A stretch of DNA of 64,000 nucleotides from Desulfatiglandales bacterium (GTDB lineage Bacteria; Desulfobacterota; DSM-4660; Desulfatiglandales; HGW-15): contig CAXXJJ010000004.1 of NCBI GenBank assembly GCA_963667015.2, positions 1,376,001 to 1,440,000 on the forward strand. The letters are read 5' to 3'. A model generated the notes under the pieces. The model saw only the letters and a program-made list of their open reading frames with translations. It was not told the origin of the DNA and searched no databases. The stretch's first letter is position 1; every line of letters starts with the position of its first letter. The translations under genes and the position numbers were made by a program. Positions 9,336-19,986 of this stretch are shown here, piece by piece.

Positions 9336-10985
9336 CTATACCGGAATTATTATTGGAAGAATTAAGGGCCCGCGGTCAATGGCCTTATAAAAGAATCTTT
9401 TTAACCGCCTTTTTATATCCGAACTGATATCGGACCATTCCATGTGTTCAAGATTCTCGACCTCTGCCAGAAAATCCAGCACCTGTTTTTTTGCCTCTGC
9501 AATAATGGTTCCCTGGGCATCTTCAAATACAAATCCCCGGGAAATGATATCAGGACCGTAAATTATATCGCCTGTCTGGTCATCGATGACCAGAAGTGCG
9601 ATAACAACACCGTCTCCGGAAAGTTTAAGCCTGTCTCTGAGGACAATATCTCCAACATCACCCAGCCCTTTTCCATCAACCAGGACTCTGCCGGTATGCT
9701 GTTTTTCACCGATCCATGCCCTGCCGCCACTGAAACATATGGTATCACCGTTTTCAGCCAGCATGTTATTTTCATGAGGAATACAGGTTACCTCTGCCAG
9801 TTGAATGTGTTTAACAAGATGCCTGTATTCACCATGAACAGGTATAAAATATTTAGGTTTTACCAGGTTCATCATGAGCTTAAGCTCTTCCTGGTAGGCA
9901 TGACCTGATGAATGGATATCAGACACCTTCTCATATATTACACTGGCACCCTTCCTGTAAAGGCTGTTTATGATGGAGGTAATTGCCTTTTCATTCCCCG
10001 GGATAAATCTTGACGAAAGAATAATTGTATCGCCCTCTTTTATGTCAATATCCCTGTGGGTCCCGTTGGCCATTCGGGTCAGGGATGACATGGGCTCCCC
10101 CTGGCTGCCGGTGGTTATGATTGCAACAGAACTGTCCGGGTAGTTTTTTACAGCCTTTTCAGTAATTTCAGCATAATCAGGTATCGCCATCAGCCCGAGT
10201 CTTTCGGCCATCGCTGCATTGGCCTTCATGCTTTTACCGCTCAGGGCTACCTTTCTGCCGTATTGTACAGCCAGGTTAATGATCTGTTGTATCCTTGAAA
10301 TATTTGATGAAAAAACCGCTATTATCAGACGACCGTTCGAATGCCGGAATATGTTCTCGAGCGTATCCTTTACATCAGACTCGCTTAATGTATACCCTTC
10401 TCTTTCGACATTTGTCGAATCGGAAAAAAGGGCAAGGACTCCTTTTTCACCATAAAAAGAGAATCTGTTGAGATCGGTATAATAGCCGTCAACCGGTGTA
10501 TGGTCTATCTTAAAATCACCGGAATGAACAAGTATTCCTTCGGGTGTTTCAATGGCAAGTCCTGCGCCGTCTATAATACTGTGATTAACGCTTATAAATT
10601 CCAGCTTAAAGGGACCAAATGTCAGGACATCACCGGCGGTTATCTTGTTTAATTTCACTTCCCCGGGCAGATCGTATTCACTGAGTTTGGCCTTTAACAG
10701 TTCAATTGTAAAGTTTGTGCCGTAAATCGGGGCATTTATCTCTTTCAGCAGAAAGGGCATTGCACCGATATGATCCTCATGACCATGGGTCAGGACTATA
10801 GCGCAAACCTTTTCTCTGTTACGGACAAGATAACTGAAATCAGGAATGACCATATCTATTCCGGGCATATAGTCCTCCGGGAACATCAGACCCGCATCAA
10901 CCACAAGTATATGCCGGTCATATTCAACAACCATCATATTTAAACCGATTTCACCCAGTCCCCCAAGAGGTATTACCTTCAGCAT
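9336..10985 (-). CDS. rnj: Ribonuclease J
   Basis: PLGGLGEIGLNM, THGHEDHIG metallo-beta-lactamase motif, TGSQGEP, HSSGHA, PVHGEYRH. Confidence 0.97.
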   Translation of the reverse strand: MLKVIPLGGLGEIGLNMMVVEYDRHILVVDAGLMFPEDYMPGIDMVIPDFSYLVRNREKVCAIVLTHGHEDHIGAMPFLLKEINAPIYGTNFTIELLKAKLSEYDLPGEVKLNKITAGDVLTFGPFKLEFISVNHSIIDGAGLAIETPEGILVHSGDFKIDHTPVDGYYTDLNRFSFYGEKGVLALFSDSTNVEREGYTLSESDVKDTLENIFRHSNGRLIIAVFSSNISRIQQIINLAVQYGRKVALSGKSMKANAAMAERLGLMAIPDYAEITEKAVKNYPDSSVAIITTGSQGEPMSSLTRMANGTHRDIDIKEGDTIILSSRFIPGNEKAITSIINSLYRKGASVIYEKVSDIHSSGHAYQEELKLMMNLVKPKYFIPVHGEYRHLVKHIQLAEVTCIPHENNMLAENGDTICFSGGRAWIGEKQHTGRVLVDGKGLGDVGDIVLRDRLKLSGDGVVIALLVIDDQTGDIIYGPDIISRGFVFEDAQGTIIAEAKKQVLDFLAEVENLEHMEWSDISSDIKRRLKRFFYKAIDRGPLILPIIIPV

Positions 10986-11187
10986 TCAGATCCCCATGAT
11001 ATTGTGATTGGGCAATACCTTAATCCGAATGTGATTTTGAGTCAATACGGTTTTTGCCCATATAAATACTTGATTTAGTTGCTGGCAATATGCTAGTTTT
11101 TTGCAAGTTTTTAAATATACTCTAATAAACAGCTTCATATTAATCATATCGGCTATTAATAATTTTAATTTTGAAGGGGCAACACAC

Positions 11188-11601
11188 ATGGTAAACAAGG
11201 TCATATTACTCGGAAACCTCGGAGCAGACCCGGAAGTCAGGTACACACCCTCAGGAACCGCTGTGGCAAACTTCACGCTGGCAACAAAGGAACAGTGGAC
11301 AAGCAAGGACGGCGGCAAAGAGGAAAAAACCGAATGGCATAAAATTGTAGCATTTGGACGCCTCGGTGAGATCTGCGGTGAATACCTCCATAAAGGCAAG
11401 CAGGTTTATATCGAGGGAAGGTTACAGACAAAGGCCTGGGAAGACAGGGATGGAAACAAACGTTATACCACTGAAATTATAGCAAATACAATGCAGATGC
11501 TTGGCCCGAAAGGCCGGGACAATGACACTTCCGGCAGAATGAATGAACGCCCGCCGGTTGAAGAGCCATTGTCTATTCCTGATGATGAGATTCCCTTTTA
11601 G
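11188..11601 (+). CDS. ssb: Single-stranded DNA-binding protein
   Basis: [19 protein letters not shown]...TEWH...DDEIPF tail. Start moved from 11101 to the ATG at 11188 after GAAGGGG. Confidence 0.97.
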   Translation: MVNKVILLGNLGADPEVRYTPSGTAVANFTLATKEQWTSKDGGKEEKTEWHKIVAFGRLGEICGEYLHKGKQVYIEGRLQTKAWEDRDGNKRYTTEIIANTMQMLGPKGRDNDTSGRMNERPPVEEPLSIPDDEIPF

Positions 11602-11620
11602 ATATGCGGACAAAGAAAAC

Positions 11621-11655
11621 CCGGATTATATACTGCACAGTCAGATATAATCCGG
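11621..11655. terminator. Hairpin between convergent ssb and tatA
   Basis: CCGGATTATAT ... ATATAATCCGG, 11-bp inverted repeat. Confidence 0.65.
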
Positions 11656-11662
11656 ATATGTA

Positions 11663-11875
11663 TTAATCGTTATCTTTTTCAGTTTCAGCTTTTTTTTCGT
11701 CTTCTTTATAGGAAATTTCATCAGGCTTTTCACTCTTGTCAGTTGTTGCCTTTTTAAAATTTCTTATTCCTTTTCCAATTCCACTGCCTATTTCAGGAAG
11801 TTTACCAGCCCCAAAGATAATCAGAATTATTATCAGGATAATTATAAGTTCCGGCATGCCAATACCAAACATCAT
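11663..11875 (-). CDS. tatA: Twin-arginine translocase TatA/TatE subunit
   Basis: [42 protein letters not shown]. Confidence 0.95.
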   Translation of the reverse strand: MMFGIGMPELIIILIIILIIFGAGKLPEIGSGIGKGIRNFKKATTDKSEKPDEISYKEDEKKAETEKDND

Positions 11876-11999
11876 TTTCCTCCGATTAAAGCGGCCCTCA
11901 GTGTGACCGAAAATGGATAAACTTCCAAAAAAAACGGAAGTTATTGTTCAAAAAAAGTTTAAATAGCACCAAAATCACTATAAGTCAACAAACTGTTGG

Positions 12000-12872
12000 C
12001 TAGTGTTTAACCTTATCAAGCATCGTCTGACCAAGTTTGCCAAGGTCCTTGGCCACAGAAATTCCGGCCGCCTCAAGGGCCTTTATCTTATCCTCGGCCT
12101 TACCCTTTCCACCGGAAATAATAGCGCCGGCATGCCCCATCCTCTTTCCGGGAGGTGCGGTCTGACCGGCTATAAATGCAACAACCGGCTTATTGAATTC
12201 TTCCCTGATATATGAAGCAGCCTCTTCTTCAGCTGAACCTCCGATCTCGCCTATAAGTACAACACCCTCAGTTTCCGGATCTTCCCTGAACATTTTCAGA
12301 TGATCGATATAGGATGTTCCAACAATAGGATCACCGCCGATACCGATACATGTAGACTGCCCCAGCCCCACCTTTGTCAGTTGATCCACTACCTCATACG
12401 TAAGGGTACCGCTTCGGGATATGACTCCAATGGTACCCTGTTTATGTATATGGGCAGGCATTATGCCAATTTTTGTCTTGCCCGGGGATATAATACCCGG
12501 GCAATTGGGACCGATCAGGGTTATCTCCTTTCCCCTGATAAAGGCAGCAACCTTGACCATATCCGTTACAGGTATCCCTTCTGTTATACATACTATCAGC
12601 CTTATACCCGCTGCAGCAGCCTCAAGAATAGTATCAGCAGCAAATGGAGGAGGGACAAAAATACATGAGACATTGGCACCTTTCTTTTCTACTGCCTCAT
12701 GTATAGAATTTAAAACAGGGACTCCTTCAACACTCTGCCCGCCTTTTCCCGGTGTAACACCGGCAACTACCTTTGTGCCGTAGGCAAGCATCTGTTTTGT
12801 ATGGAATGTCCCTTCCCGTCCTGTAATACCAGAAACTACAACCTTTGTATTTTTATCAACGAGTATGCTCAT
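12000..12872 (-). CDS. sucD: Succinyl-CoA synthetase alpha subunit
   Basis: [26 protein letters not shown], phospho-His motif RMGHAGAI. Confidence 0.97.
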   Translation of the reverse strand: MSILVDKNTKVVVSGITGREGTFHTKQMLAYGTKVVAGVTPGKGGQSVEGVPVLNSIHEAVEKKGANVSCIFVPPPFAADTILEAAAAGIRLIVCITEGIPVTDMVKVAAFIRGKEITLIGPNCPGIISPGKTKIGIMPAHIHKQGTIGVISRSGTLTYEVVDQLTKVGLGQSTCIGIGGDPIVGTSYIDHLKMFREDPETEGVVLIGEIGGSAEEEAASYIREEFNKPVVAFIAGQTAPPGKRMGHAGAIISGGKGKAEDKIKALEAAGISVAKDLGKLGQTMLDKVKH

Positions 12873-12973
12873 AAAAAATCCCCGTATTTTTTGCTCATTT
12901 GAGAATACTTTTTATTATAAACAAGATACCTGCAGGGACCACATAATGTCCCTGTATACCTTAGCGTTTAATA

Positions 12974-14140
12974 TCATGCAATCTGCTGTTTAACCAGTTC
13001 GGCCGCTTCAGTCATATCTGATGCCACCAGGAATTTAAGGCCTGAACCTTCCAGGATTTTTCTTCCCTCTTCCACGTTTGTTCCCTCCAGCCTGACTATA
13101 AGAGGTACACTTATATCCTGTTTTTCAGCTGCAGCAAGAACTCCCCTGGCAAGGACATCACATCTGAGGATTCCCCCGAATATATTAATGAGAATGGCTT
13201 TTACCTTTTCATCTTCAAGGATTATCTTAAAGCCGTTCTTTATCATCTCCTCATCTGCCCCGCCACCGACATCTAGAAAATTCGCAGGCTCTGCTCCTGC
13301 CATTTTTATAACATCCATGGTGGCCATGGCAAGGCCGGCGCCGTTAACCATTGCACCGACATTACCATCAAGGCGGATATAATTAAGATTATATTTTCCA
13401 GCCCTTACCTCAAGCGGATCTTTCTCACGGTCATCATCCAGGCCTATCAGATCCTTGTGCCTGAAAAGGGCATTATCATCCAGATCCATTTTTGCATCTA
13501 CGGCAAGGACCTTTCCCTGTTTAGTAATAACAAGCGGATTAATTTCTGTAAGCGAGCAATCAAGGCGAATGAACGAATTATAAAGGTTTTTCATTACTGA
13601 CATCAGTTCCTTGATAACCCCTGCTTCCGGGAGAGGATCCAGCGCATAAACAAGGTTACGTCCGTTATAGGCCGACCATCCTACTGCCGGATCGATGTAC
13701 TCTTTCAGAACAAGTTCGGGATTCGTTTCAGCAACTTCTTCTATATCCATTCCACCTGATTGACTGAATATCATCACCGGTCTTGCAGATTGCCTGTCAA
13801 TTGTTACGGCAAGATAGAGTTCCCTGTTGATTTCAACGCCTTCTTCAACGAGTACCTGGTATACCTTTTTACCTTCAGGCCCCGTCTGCCTGGTTACAAG
13901 CGGTGTGCACAATATTTTTCCGGCAGCTTTTTTTACTTCCGAATGACTTTTAACAACCTTAACTCCTCCTCCCTTGCCGCGCCCCCCTGCATGAACCTGT
14001 GCCTTTACGACCCAGGGAGGCCCGCTCAAACTCTCTGATGCTGCTTCCGCTTCCTTGGAGGTCATTGCCAGTATACCGTCGGGTACAGGAATACCTGATT
14101 TTTTAAATATTTCTTTTGCCTGATATTCATGGAGTTTCAT
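12974..14140 (-). CDS. sucC: Succinyl-CoA synthetase beta subunit
   Basis: MKLHEYQAKE, KAQVHAGGRGKGGGV, NGAGLAMATMD, ANFLDVGGGA, RLEGTN. Confidence 0.97.
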   Translation of the reverse strand: MKLHEYQAKEIFKKSGIPVPDGILAMTSKEAEAASESLSGPPWVVKAQVHAGGRGKGGGVKVVKSHSEVKKAAGKILCTPLVTRQTGPEGKKVYQVLVEEGVEINRELYLAVTIDRQSARPVMIFSQSGGMDIEEVAETNPELVLKEYIDPAVGWSAYNGRNLVYALDPLPEAGVIKELMSVMKNLYNSFIRLDCSLTEINPLVITKQGKVLAVDAKMDLDDNALFRHKDLIGLDDDREKDPLEVRAGKYNLNYIRLDGNVGAMVNGAGLAMATMDVIKMAGAEPANFLDVGGGADEEMIKNGFKIILEDEKVKAILINIFGGILRCDVLARGVLAAAEKQDISVPLIVRLEGTNVEEGRKILEGSGLKFLVASDMTEAAELVKQQIA

Positions 14141-14800
14141 AAGCGTCCTCTTAATATGGGTTATATATGGACGATTTGTTTATTTCGTATTGAATTGTAA
14201 ATGTCAAGCGCTTAAGGGATTCGTGCTACAGGACATTACACAAATCTTCATACTAATCAACATTACCTGTTTTACCTCAAATCCTTAGTATCAATAATTT
14301 GATTAACAATATCATAATAATCCATTTTTTAAGAAATATATTACATTTTTTTAAATTTATTTAAAGTAACTGCCTTTTGAGCCGATAACTATATACTAAG
14401 ATGAACAAATATATGGGAGATTTATTTTAGAGTTAATAATAAGAAGATATACAAATTAATAATGCAAGTATTTTCAGTGTATTAAATAAATAACACTGAT
14501 TAACAGATGATTGGTAACATTCACATTTCTGTTAACCAAATATTGATATGCTTTGATTTTATAGCTGTTTTCTATCTCTGCACCTGTTTTATACCCACTC
14601 TTTTTCGCTGTTTCTGAAATCAATTAGCTTCACCGACTGTTTTTAAAAAATCAACTGTTTCAAATAAGCTGCATATTTATATCTGAATATTATTTTTAAG
14701 CTAAAATTATTTTTTTGGGGAAGGAGGTTAATTAACAGGGCCTAATTCCTGTAAAATATTAACCTTGTTTCAGACAATTTAAAGTGGAGGAGACTTAATT

Positions 14801-15247
14801 ATGAGATATAAATTAAAAACCAAACGATTTTTTATTATGCTTGTTTCATTTGCAGTCTTAATTTTTGCAGAATCATATGCAATGGCAAGCGATGTAGTCA
14901 TTGTTGGAAATAAAAACCTTTCAACAAAAACCATATCAAAAGAAACACTTCAAAGAATTTTTCTTGGACAGCAGACAGACTGGGAAGATGGGACCAAGAT
15001 AAAATTTGCTATTTTAAAGACGGATCAAAATGACGATATCTTTCTCAGGGAATATCTCTACTACACATCAACCCGGTTTGTACGCCACTGGCGCAGCCAG
15101 GTCTTCTCAGGAAAGGGAGAAATGCCTCCGAACCTGAAGTCCGATGAAGAGATGTTAAAGTTTATACAGGACGATAAAGGCGCGATAGGATTTGTTACCG
15201 CAGGGGCAGACACCAGCGCAGTAAAAGTTTTAACTGTCAGTAAATAA
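14801..15247 (+). CDS. Small secreted periplasmic-binding-protein-like protein (single lobe, PstS/PBP-like)
   Basis: Signal peptide (SYAMA-S), IFLG...W.DG, W...VFSGKG..P, GAIGFV pattern of the short PBP-like family; GGAGG RBS. Confidence 0.7.
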   Translation: MRYKLKTKRFFIMLVSFAVLIFAESYAMASDVVIVGNKNLSTKTISKETLQRIFLGQQTDWEDGTKIKFAILKTDQNDDIFLREYLYYTSTRFVRHWRSQVFSGKGEMPPNLKSDEEMLKFIQDDKGAIGFVTAGADTSAVKVLTVSK

Positions 15248-15287
15248 TTAAAGCTAATCAATATTGAAACATATTTTGGAGGAAATC

Positions 15288-16637
15288 ATGAAAGTGAAAC
15301 ATATAATTTTATTGCTGGTCATATATCTTCTGTCAGGTTTCACCGGCGCCGGTGCAGCAGAGGTGGGAGACATCAACATACACGGTTTCATATCACAGGG
15401 ATATATAACCACTTCAGACAACAACTTTATGGGTAATACAGAAGACGGCACCTTCGAATTCAACGAGATAGGTGTCAACTTTGCCAAGGAAATGACAGAT
15501 GATCTTCGCGTTGGCGTGCAGCTCTTCTCAAGAGATCTTGGTAACTACGGCAACAATGAGATAACCCTGGACTGGGCCTACGGCGACTACCGATGGAAAG
15601 ACTGGCTGGGTGTAAGAGTTGGCAAGATCAAGACTCCTCACGGCCTTTACAACGAGACAAGGGATGTGGATATGCTTAGAAACTGGATTTTCCTGCCACA
15701 GAGCGTCTACCCCGAGATCGAACGTGATGCAGCTCTTGCCCTTATGGGCGTTGGAATCTACGGAAATGCCTACCTGGGAGCCTTCGGGAGCATCTCCTAC
15801 CAGGCAATGATCGGCACCCAGAACATCGATGCAAACGAGTCACTGGCGCAGTCGCTTATGGGTATATTCATTTTTGACCCATATGTACAGGCCCAGGAAA
15901 TCGATGTTGATAAAAAATACGCCTTAAGTCTAACCTATGAAACACCCATTGCCGGTCTGCGGATTGGCGGTACCTTACAGTATGCAGAAATGAATCTCGT
16001 ATCTGACTTTGCTTACCCTGCAGGAGAAGGCTTTTACGGTGAGTTTGGTATCCTTTCTGATGCCTATGGCGGAAAATATCTCTCCGAGCTGGAATCAAAA
16101 AACTATGTTGTTTCAGCAGAATATTCCTGGAACAATCTGATGCTTGTGGCCGAGTACTCATGGTCCAACCGTGATCTGGCCATCGGCAACCTTAATGATT
16201 ACCCGGTCGATGTTGAAATACCAAATTTTGCAACAGAAGATCAGGATGATATGGTACCATGGGCAGGCTATACCGCTCCCGGGGCTCCTACTCCATACGA
16301 GACCGAAGGATGGTATGTTGGTTCGACCTACCGCTTTACCGACTGGTTTGAGCTGGGTGGTTACTACTCAGAGTACTACCCCAACAGAAATGACAAAAAT
16401 GGAACTACCGCTGATGCATTGGGACGCTATGTAGATCCACAGTACAGGGCATGGAACAAGGACATATGTCTGACCGCCCGTTTTGACATCAACGAGTTCT
16501 GGACTGTCAAGCTTGAAGGTCACAAAACAGAAGGCGTAGCCCTCCTGCCCCTGGCAGAAAACATGGACATGGAAAGTCAGCACACCTTTGTCAAAGACTG
16601 GGAAATGTATACAGCCAAGGTTACCTACAGTTTCTAA
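15288..16637 (+). CDS. Outer-membrane beta-barrel (porin-like) protein
   Basis: GGAGG RBS before ATG 15288; signal peptide; IHGFISQGY, LDWAYGDY, RVGKIKTPHGLYNE; C-terminal YSF beta-signal. Confidence 0.8.
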   Translation: MKVKHIILLLVIYLLSGFTGAGAAEVGDINIHGFISQGYITTSDNNFMGNTEDGTFEFNEIGVNFAKEMTDDLRVGVQLFSRDLGNYGNNEITLDWAYGDYRWKDWLGVRVGKIKTPHGLYNETRDVDMLRNWIFLPQSVYPEIERDAALALMGVGIYGNAYLGAFGSISYQAMIGTQNIDANESLAQSLMGIFIFDPYVQAQEIDVDKKYALSLTYETPIAGLRIGGTLQYAEMNLVSDFAYPAGEGFYGEFGILSDAYGGKYLSELESKNYVVSAEYSWNNLMLVAEYSWSNRDLAIGNLNDYPVDVEIPNFATEDQDDMVPWAGYTAPGAPTPYETEGWYVGSTYRFTDWFELGGYYSEYYPNRNDKNGTTADALGRYVDPQYRAWNKDICLTARFDINEFWTVKLEGHKTEGVALLPLAENMDMESQHTFVKDWEMYTAKVTYSF

Positions 16638-16666
16638 CAGGCTATAGTTAAATTAATCTAACCTTT

Positions 16667-16707
16667 ACCATCAACCGGGGAAAGATTTTCACCGGTTGAT
16701 GGTTTTT
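16667..16707 (+). terminator. Intrinsic terminator after the porin gene
   Basis: ACCATCAACCGG...CCGGTTGATGGT followed by a T run. Confidence 0.85.
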
Positions 16708-17050
16708 CTGAATGATATCAATGCTGCTTTCCCGACTGCTTTTTATCTTATCTTTAAAGACTAATCAGGACGAATAAATATAACCTTGAAGCCGGTATCG
16801 ACCTCTGATATACTTTTTTTCATTTATTCAGGGCAGTTTTGGCGATTTGGATATTCTTTTTCTTGTTACCTTACCTTGACTCCAGACACGAGAAAATCAT
16901 CAGACATCCAACCAAATGTATCCCTTGCATTGCAAAAAGCATGAATGCCCGAAGAAACATCTATTTCATGGGTAATAATTCATGGAGAACAGGGTTATAA
17001 CAGTAATAAAAGTAATTATATTAGTCCCAAAATGCGGATGAGGATAGATA

Positions 17051-18937
17051 ATGTGTGGAATTCACGGGATAATTACCCCCTCTCTTTCTGAGGATGAAGT
17101 TTACAGAAGACTGGAGGAAATGGGCCTCCTTCAGGTACATCGCGGTCCGGATGACAGAAAAGAGATGGTCTTTCCCCTTAAAAAAGGGACACTTGGTTTT
17201 GGGTTCAGGCGGCTTTCAATACTTGATCTTGAAACCGGAATGCAGCCGATTATATCGCCTGAGGATAAATCAGCCATAATCTGTAACGGGCAGGTGTACA
17301 ATTATCTGGAGTTAAAGGCGGAATCTCCGGAAATGCATTATTCAACAAAGGGAGATATCGAGGTCGCCCTTAACATGTACAGAAAATACGGCCTTGATTT
17401 CCTGCAGAAATTAAACGGAATGTATGCCGGTGCAATCTATGATCATGTCAACTCAAAGCTGATACTCTTCAGGGACAGGTTCGGAATTAAGCCCCTCTAT
17501 TACACGGAATGGGAGGGAAATTTCCTTTTTGCCTCGGAGATAAAACCGCTGTTCAAGGGCAGTAAAAGGCCTCCTGAACTTAACAGTAAGCGACTGGAGA
17601 CATATTTTACATATCGCTATCTTCCCGGGACAGAGACAATGTTTTGCGGCATCAGGAGGTTGCCGCCCGGTTCTTATCTTGAATATGACCTGAATGAAAA
17701 CAGGTATTCCATAAAAAGATACTGGGAATACAAACTTGACCGGATTATCCCGGATATGGATTTTGACGATGCGTCGGAGCAGTTTATCAGCCTGTTCAGG
17801 GATGCAGTTAAGATAAGGATGAGATCTGATGTTGAGGTAGGAACACTTTTAAGCGGAGGCATCGATTCCTCGGCAGTTTCATCACAGTCAACGGTCACCA
17901 AACCGGATATCAGGCTCTTTTCCATCTCCTTTGATGAGGATAAATACAACGAGCTTCCTGTTATTAAAGATTTTATCAGGGATAATAATGAGCGTTTTAA
18001 GGACACGCGGCACTATACAGGGCTTTGCGGGTCAGGGGCGCTTGAGAGTCTTCCCGAAATAGTCAAATCCATTGAAGAGCCCATATCACTCGGCACAATA
18101 CTTCCCACCGATCAGGTTTGCAGAATGGCCAGTGAAAAGGTAAAGGTCGTACTGACAGGGGAAGGGGCAGATGAAATATTTGCAGGATACCGCAAATTTC
18201 TTATTGAAATGGCAGCCGGTGAGTACAGCAGTCTGGGGGTTTCTACACGGAACGAGCTTGAAAAGTTTTACCCTGAATTAAAACCCTACATGAAGGTCAG
18301 AGATAAAGATCCTGTAAAAAGATATATCCAGAGTGAGGCGCTGTTTTCAGGGGATGAACTAAGGGAACTGACAGGAAAAGAGCATGTTGATGACGCCTTC
18401 CCCCAGGATGCGATTCCTGATTTAACCGGAAATGAACACCCTCTTAATGCGGCCCTTGCCATGGAAAGCCGGGCAAGACTGCCGGACTATGTAATCCTCC
18501 GCCTTGACAAGCTCTCCATGAGACACTCGCTTGAGACACGGACGCCATTTCTGGATTACAGGCTTGCCGAATTTGCGGCAACTTTACCGGTCGAGTATAA
18601 GGCGAATTTAAAAGAACATCGTGAAAAGTATATCTGCGGGACCGCCTTCAGCAGGTACTCGATACTGGACAAAAATACTGCATTCAGGAAAAAGCAGCCC
18701 TTTACAATCCCCATGGCGGACTGGCTGTCAACGCCCTCGGCATTGCCCGAATGTATCAGGGAAATCATGTTCGGCGAAATGATAAAAAAACAGGGTATTT
18801 TAAACGAGAAAACGCTTAAAAGGCATATTGATCTGATCACAAAGGAGGATGTGGGTCCTCAAACCCTGGTTTCGGAGGCAGACAGGGTTTTTTCAATTAT
18901 TATATTTTCTTTGTGGTATGATCTTTTCTTTTCATAA
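17051..18937 (+). CDS. asnB: AsnB-family glutamine-hydrolysing amidotransferase (asparagine synthase-like)
   Basis: N-terminal MCGI (Ntn Cys), HRGPD, RDRFGIKPLYY, LSGGIDSS PP-loop, LTGEGADEIFAGY, ETRTPFLD. Confidence 0.9.
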   Translation: MCGIHGIITPSLSEDEVYRRLEEMGLLQVHRGPDDRKEMVFPLKKGTLGFGFRRLSILDLETGMQPIISPEDKSAIICNGQVYNYLELKAESPEMHYSTKGDIEVALNMYRKYGLDFLQKLNGMYAGAIYDHVNSKLILFRDRFGIKPLYYTEWEGNFLFASEIKPLFKGSKRPPELNSKRLETYFTYRYLPGTETMFCGIRRLPPGSYLEYDLNENRYSIKRYWEYKLDRIIPDMDFDDASEQFISLFRDAVKIRMRSDVEVGTLLSGGIDSSAVSSQSTVTKPDIRLFSISFDEDKYNELPVIKDFIRDNNERFKDTRHYTGLCGSGALESLPEIVKSIEEPISLGTILPTDQVCRMASEKVKVVLTGEGADEIFAGYRKFLIEMAAGEYSSLGVSTRNELEKFYPELKPYMKVRDKDPVKRYIQSEALFSGDELRELTGKEHVDDAFPQDAIPDLTGNEHPLNAALAMESRARLPDYVILRLDKLSMRHSLETRTPFLDYRLAEFAATLPVEYKANLKEHREKYICGTAFSRYSILDKNTAFRKKQPFTIPMADWLSTPSALPECIREIMFGEMIKKQGILNEKTLKRHIDLITKEDVGPQTLVSEADRVFSIIIFSLWYDLFFS

Positions 18938-18950
18938 TCAATGACTATAA

Positions 18951-19955
18951 TTGTCAGATATAGATATAGGTATAAAGGTAAAAATAATGCTGGCTTGCTG
19001 TGAATTACATAAAAATAATTGTTGTACGGACACTGTTCATCCTTACGGGTTGTGCATACTGCACAGTAAGGAGAGAACCGAGTATACTCAAAAGCTGCTT
19101 GATCTTCTTAAGGAAAAAATAGTTCCGGGGCCCCGGACCTTCGGATTTGAATATGAGTTTATCTCCGAAACACCTCTTAACCTGGAAGTAATGAACAGGA
19201 TCTATGGATTCTTGCCGGAAACGGGCTTTATGAGACATAACACATCATTTGTACATGAATCAGGAATGTACATAGATTTTGAGCCGGGCGGTCAGATAGA
19301 GTTCCATTCCCCGCCGCTTCTTAAGGGCGAAGACGAAAACCTGGAAAAATATATCTCCATTATAAAACAAGTAATCGATGCCATTAGCCTGAATCTGGGC
19401 ATAAGGTATATTGCACAGGGTTATATCCCGGGCCGGATGGACTCTCCCCTCTGTCTTGATGCGGAACGCTATATAAACCTGCACAATCGCCTGGCCATGC
19501 GCAGCACAAGAGGGCTTGAGATGATGAAGGGAACTGCATCAATACACTTTCATGCAGGTATAAAGGATCTGAATGAATTGCCCGATCTCTTTTCCACACT
19601 TATAGGGATTTCTGAAATGGATGACTTTAAGATGGGAGAGGATAGAAGGGATATATGGGATAAAACCGATTCCGGCCGTTGCGGTCAACCCTTTCATATA
19701 GATGAAGGCGATACGCCCTTTAACGCTATTGAAAAAATTGTTGATTATGCAATCCATGCCGGACATATCGCGGAAAACAGACCATTCGTTGAGACAGATG
19801 ATCTGTCCTTTGACTCATTCATGTATCACCTGACAACGATCTTTACAGATATCCGACTTAATATCAAAGGCCCGTCCATCGAACTAAGGACAATTGACAG
19901 CGTACCGTTTGACCAATTTAAATCGAAATGGAACAAATTCATATCATTACTCTAA
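18951..19955 (+). CDS. Glutamate--cysteine ligase family 2 (GshA/EgtA-like) protein; start may be the ATG at 18987
   Basis: FGFEYEF, FEPGGQIEF, MMKGTASIH, HLTTIFTDIRL and IELRTIDS match GCS2/EgtA motifs. Confidence 0.8.
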   Translation: MSDIDIGIKVKIMLACCELHKNNCCTDTVHPYGLCILHSKERTEYTQKLLDLLKEKIVPGPRTFGFEYEFISETPLNLEVMNRIYGFLPETGFMRHNTSFVHESGMYIDFEPGGQIEFHSPPLLKGEDENLEKYISIIKQVIDAISLNLGIRYIAQGYIPGRMDSPLCLDAERYINLHNRLAMRSTRGLEMMKGTASIHFHAGIKDLNELPDLFSTLIGISEMDDFKMGEDRRDIWDKTDSGRCGQPFHIDEGDTPFNAIEKIVDYAIHAGHIAENRPFVETDDLSFDSFMYHLTTIFTDIRLNIKGPSIELRTIDSVPFDQFKSKWNKFISLL

Positions 19956-19986
19956 ATCAAAACACAATCAGACACAGGAATCTAAA

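Noticed and set aside
10986..11399. 137-aa minus-strand ORF and the 11101 upstream extension of ssb
   Set aside because: Antisense to ssb; SSB homology begins at the ATG at 11188.
12931..12956. Hairpin between sucC and sucD as a terminator
   Set aside because: No U tract on the coding strand and it lies inside an obligate operon; at most an mRNA stability element.
16941..17000. 19-aa ORF (MNARRNIYFMGNNSWRTGL) upstream of asnB as a lasso-peptide precursor
   Set aside because: Too short, no RBS, no Asp/Glu acceptor, no B1/B2 genes; the AsnB keeps its glutaminase Cys, unlike most lasso cyclases.
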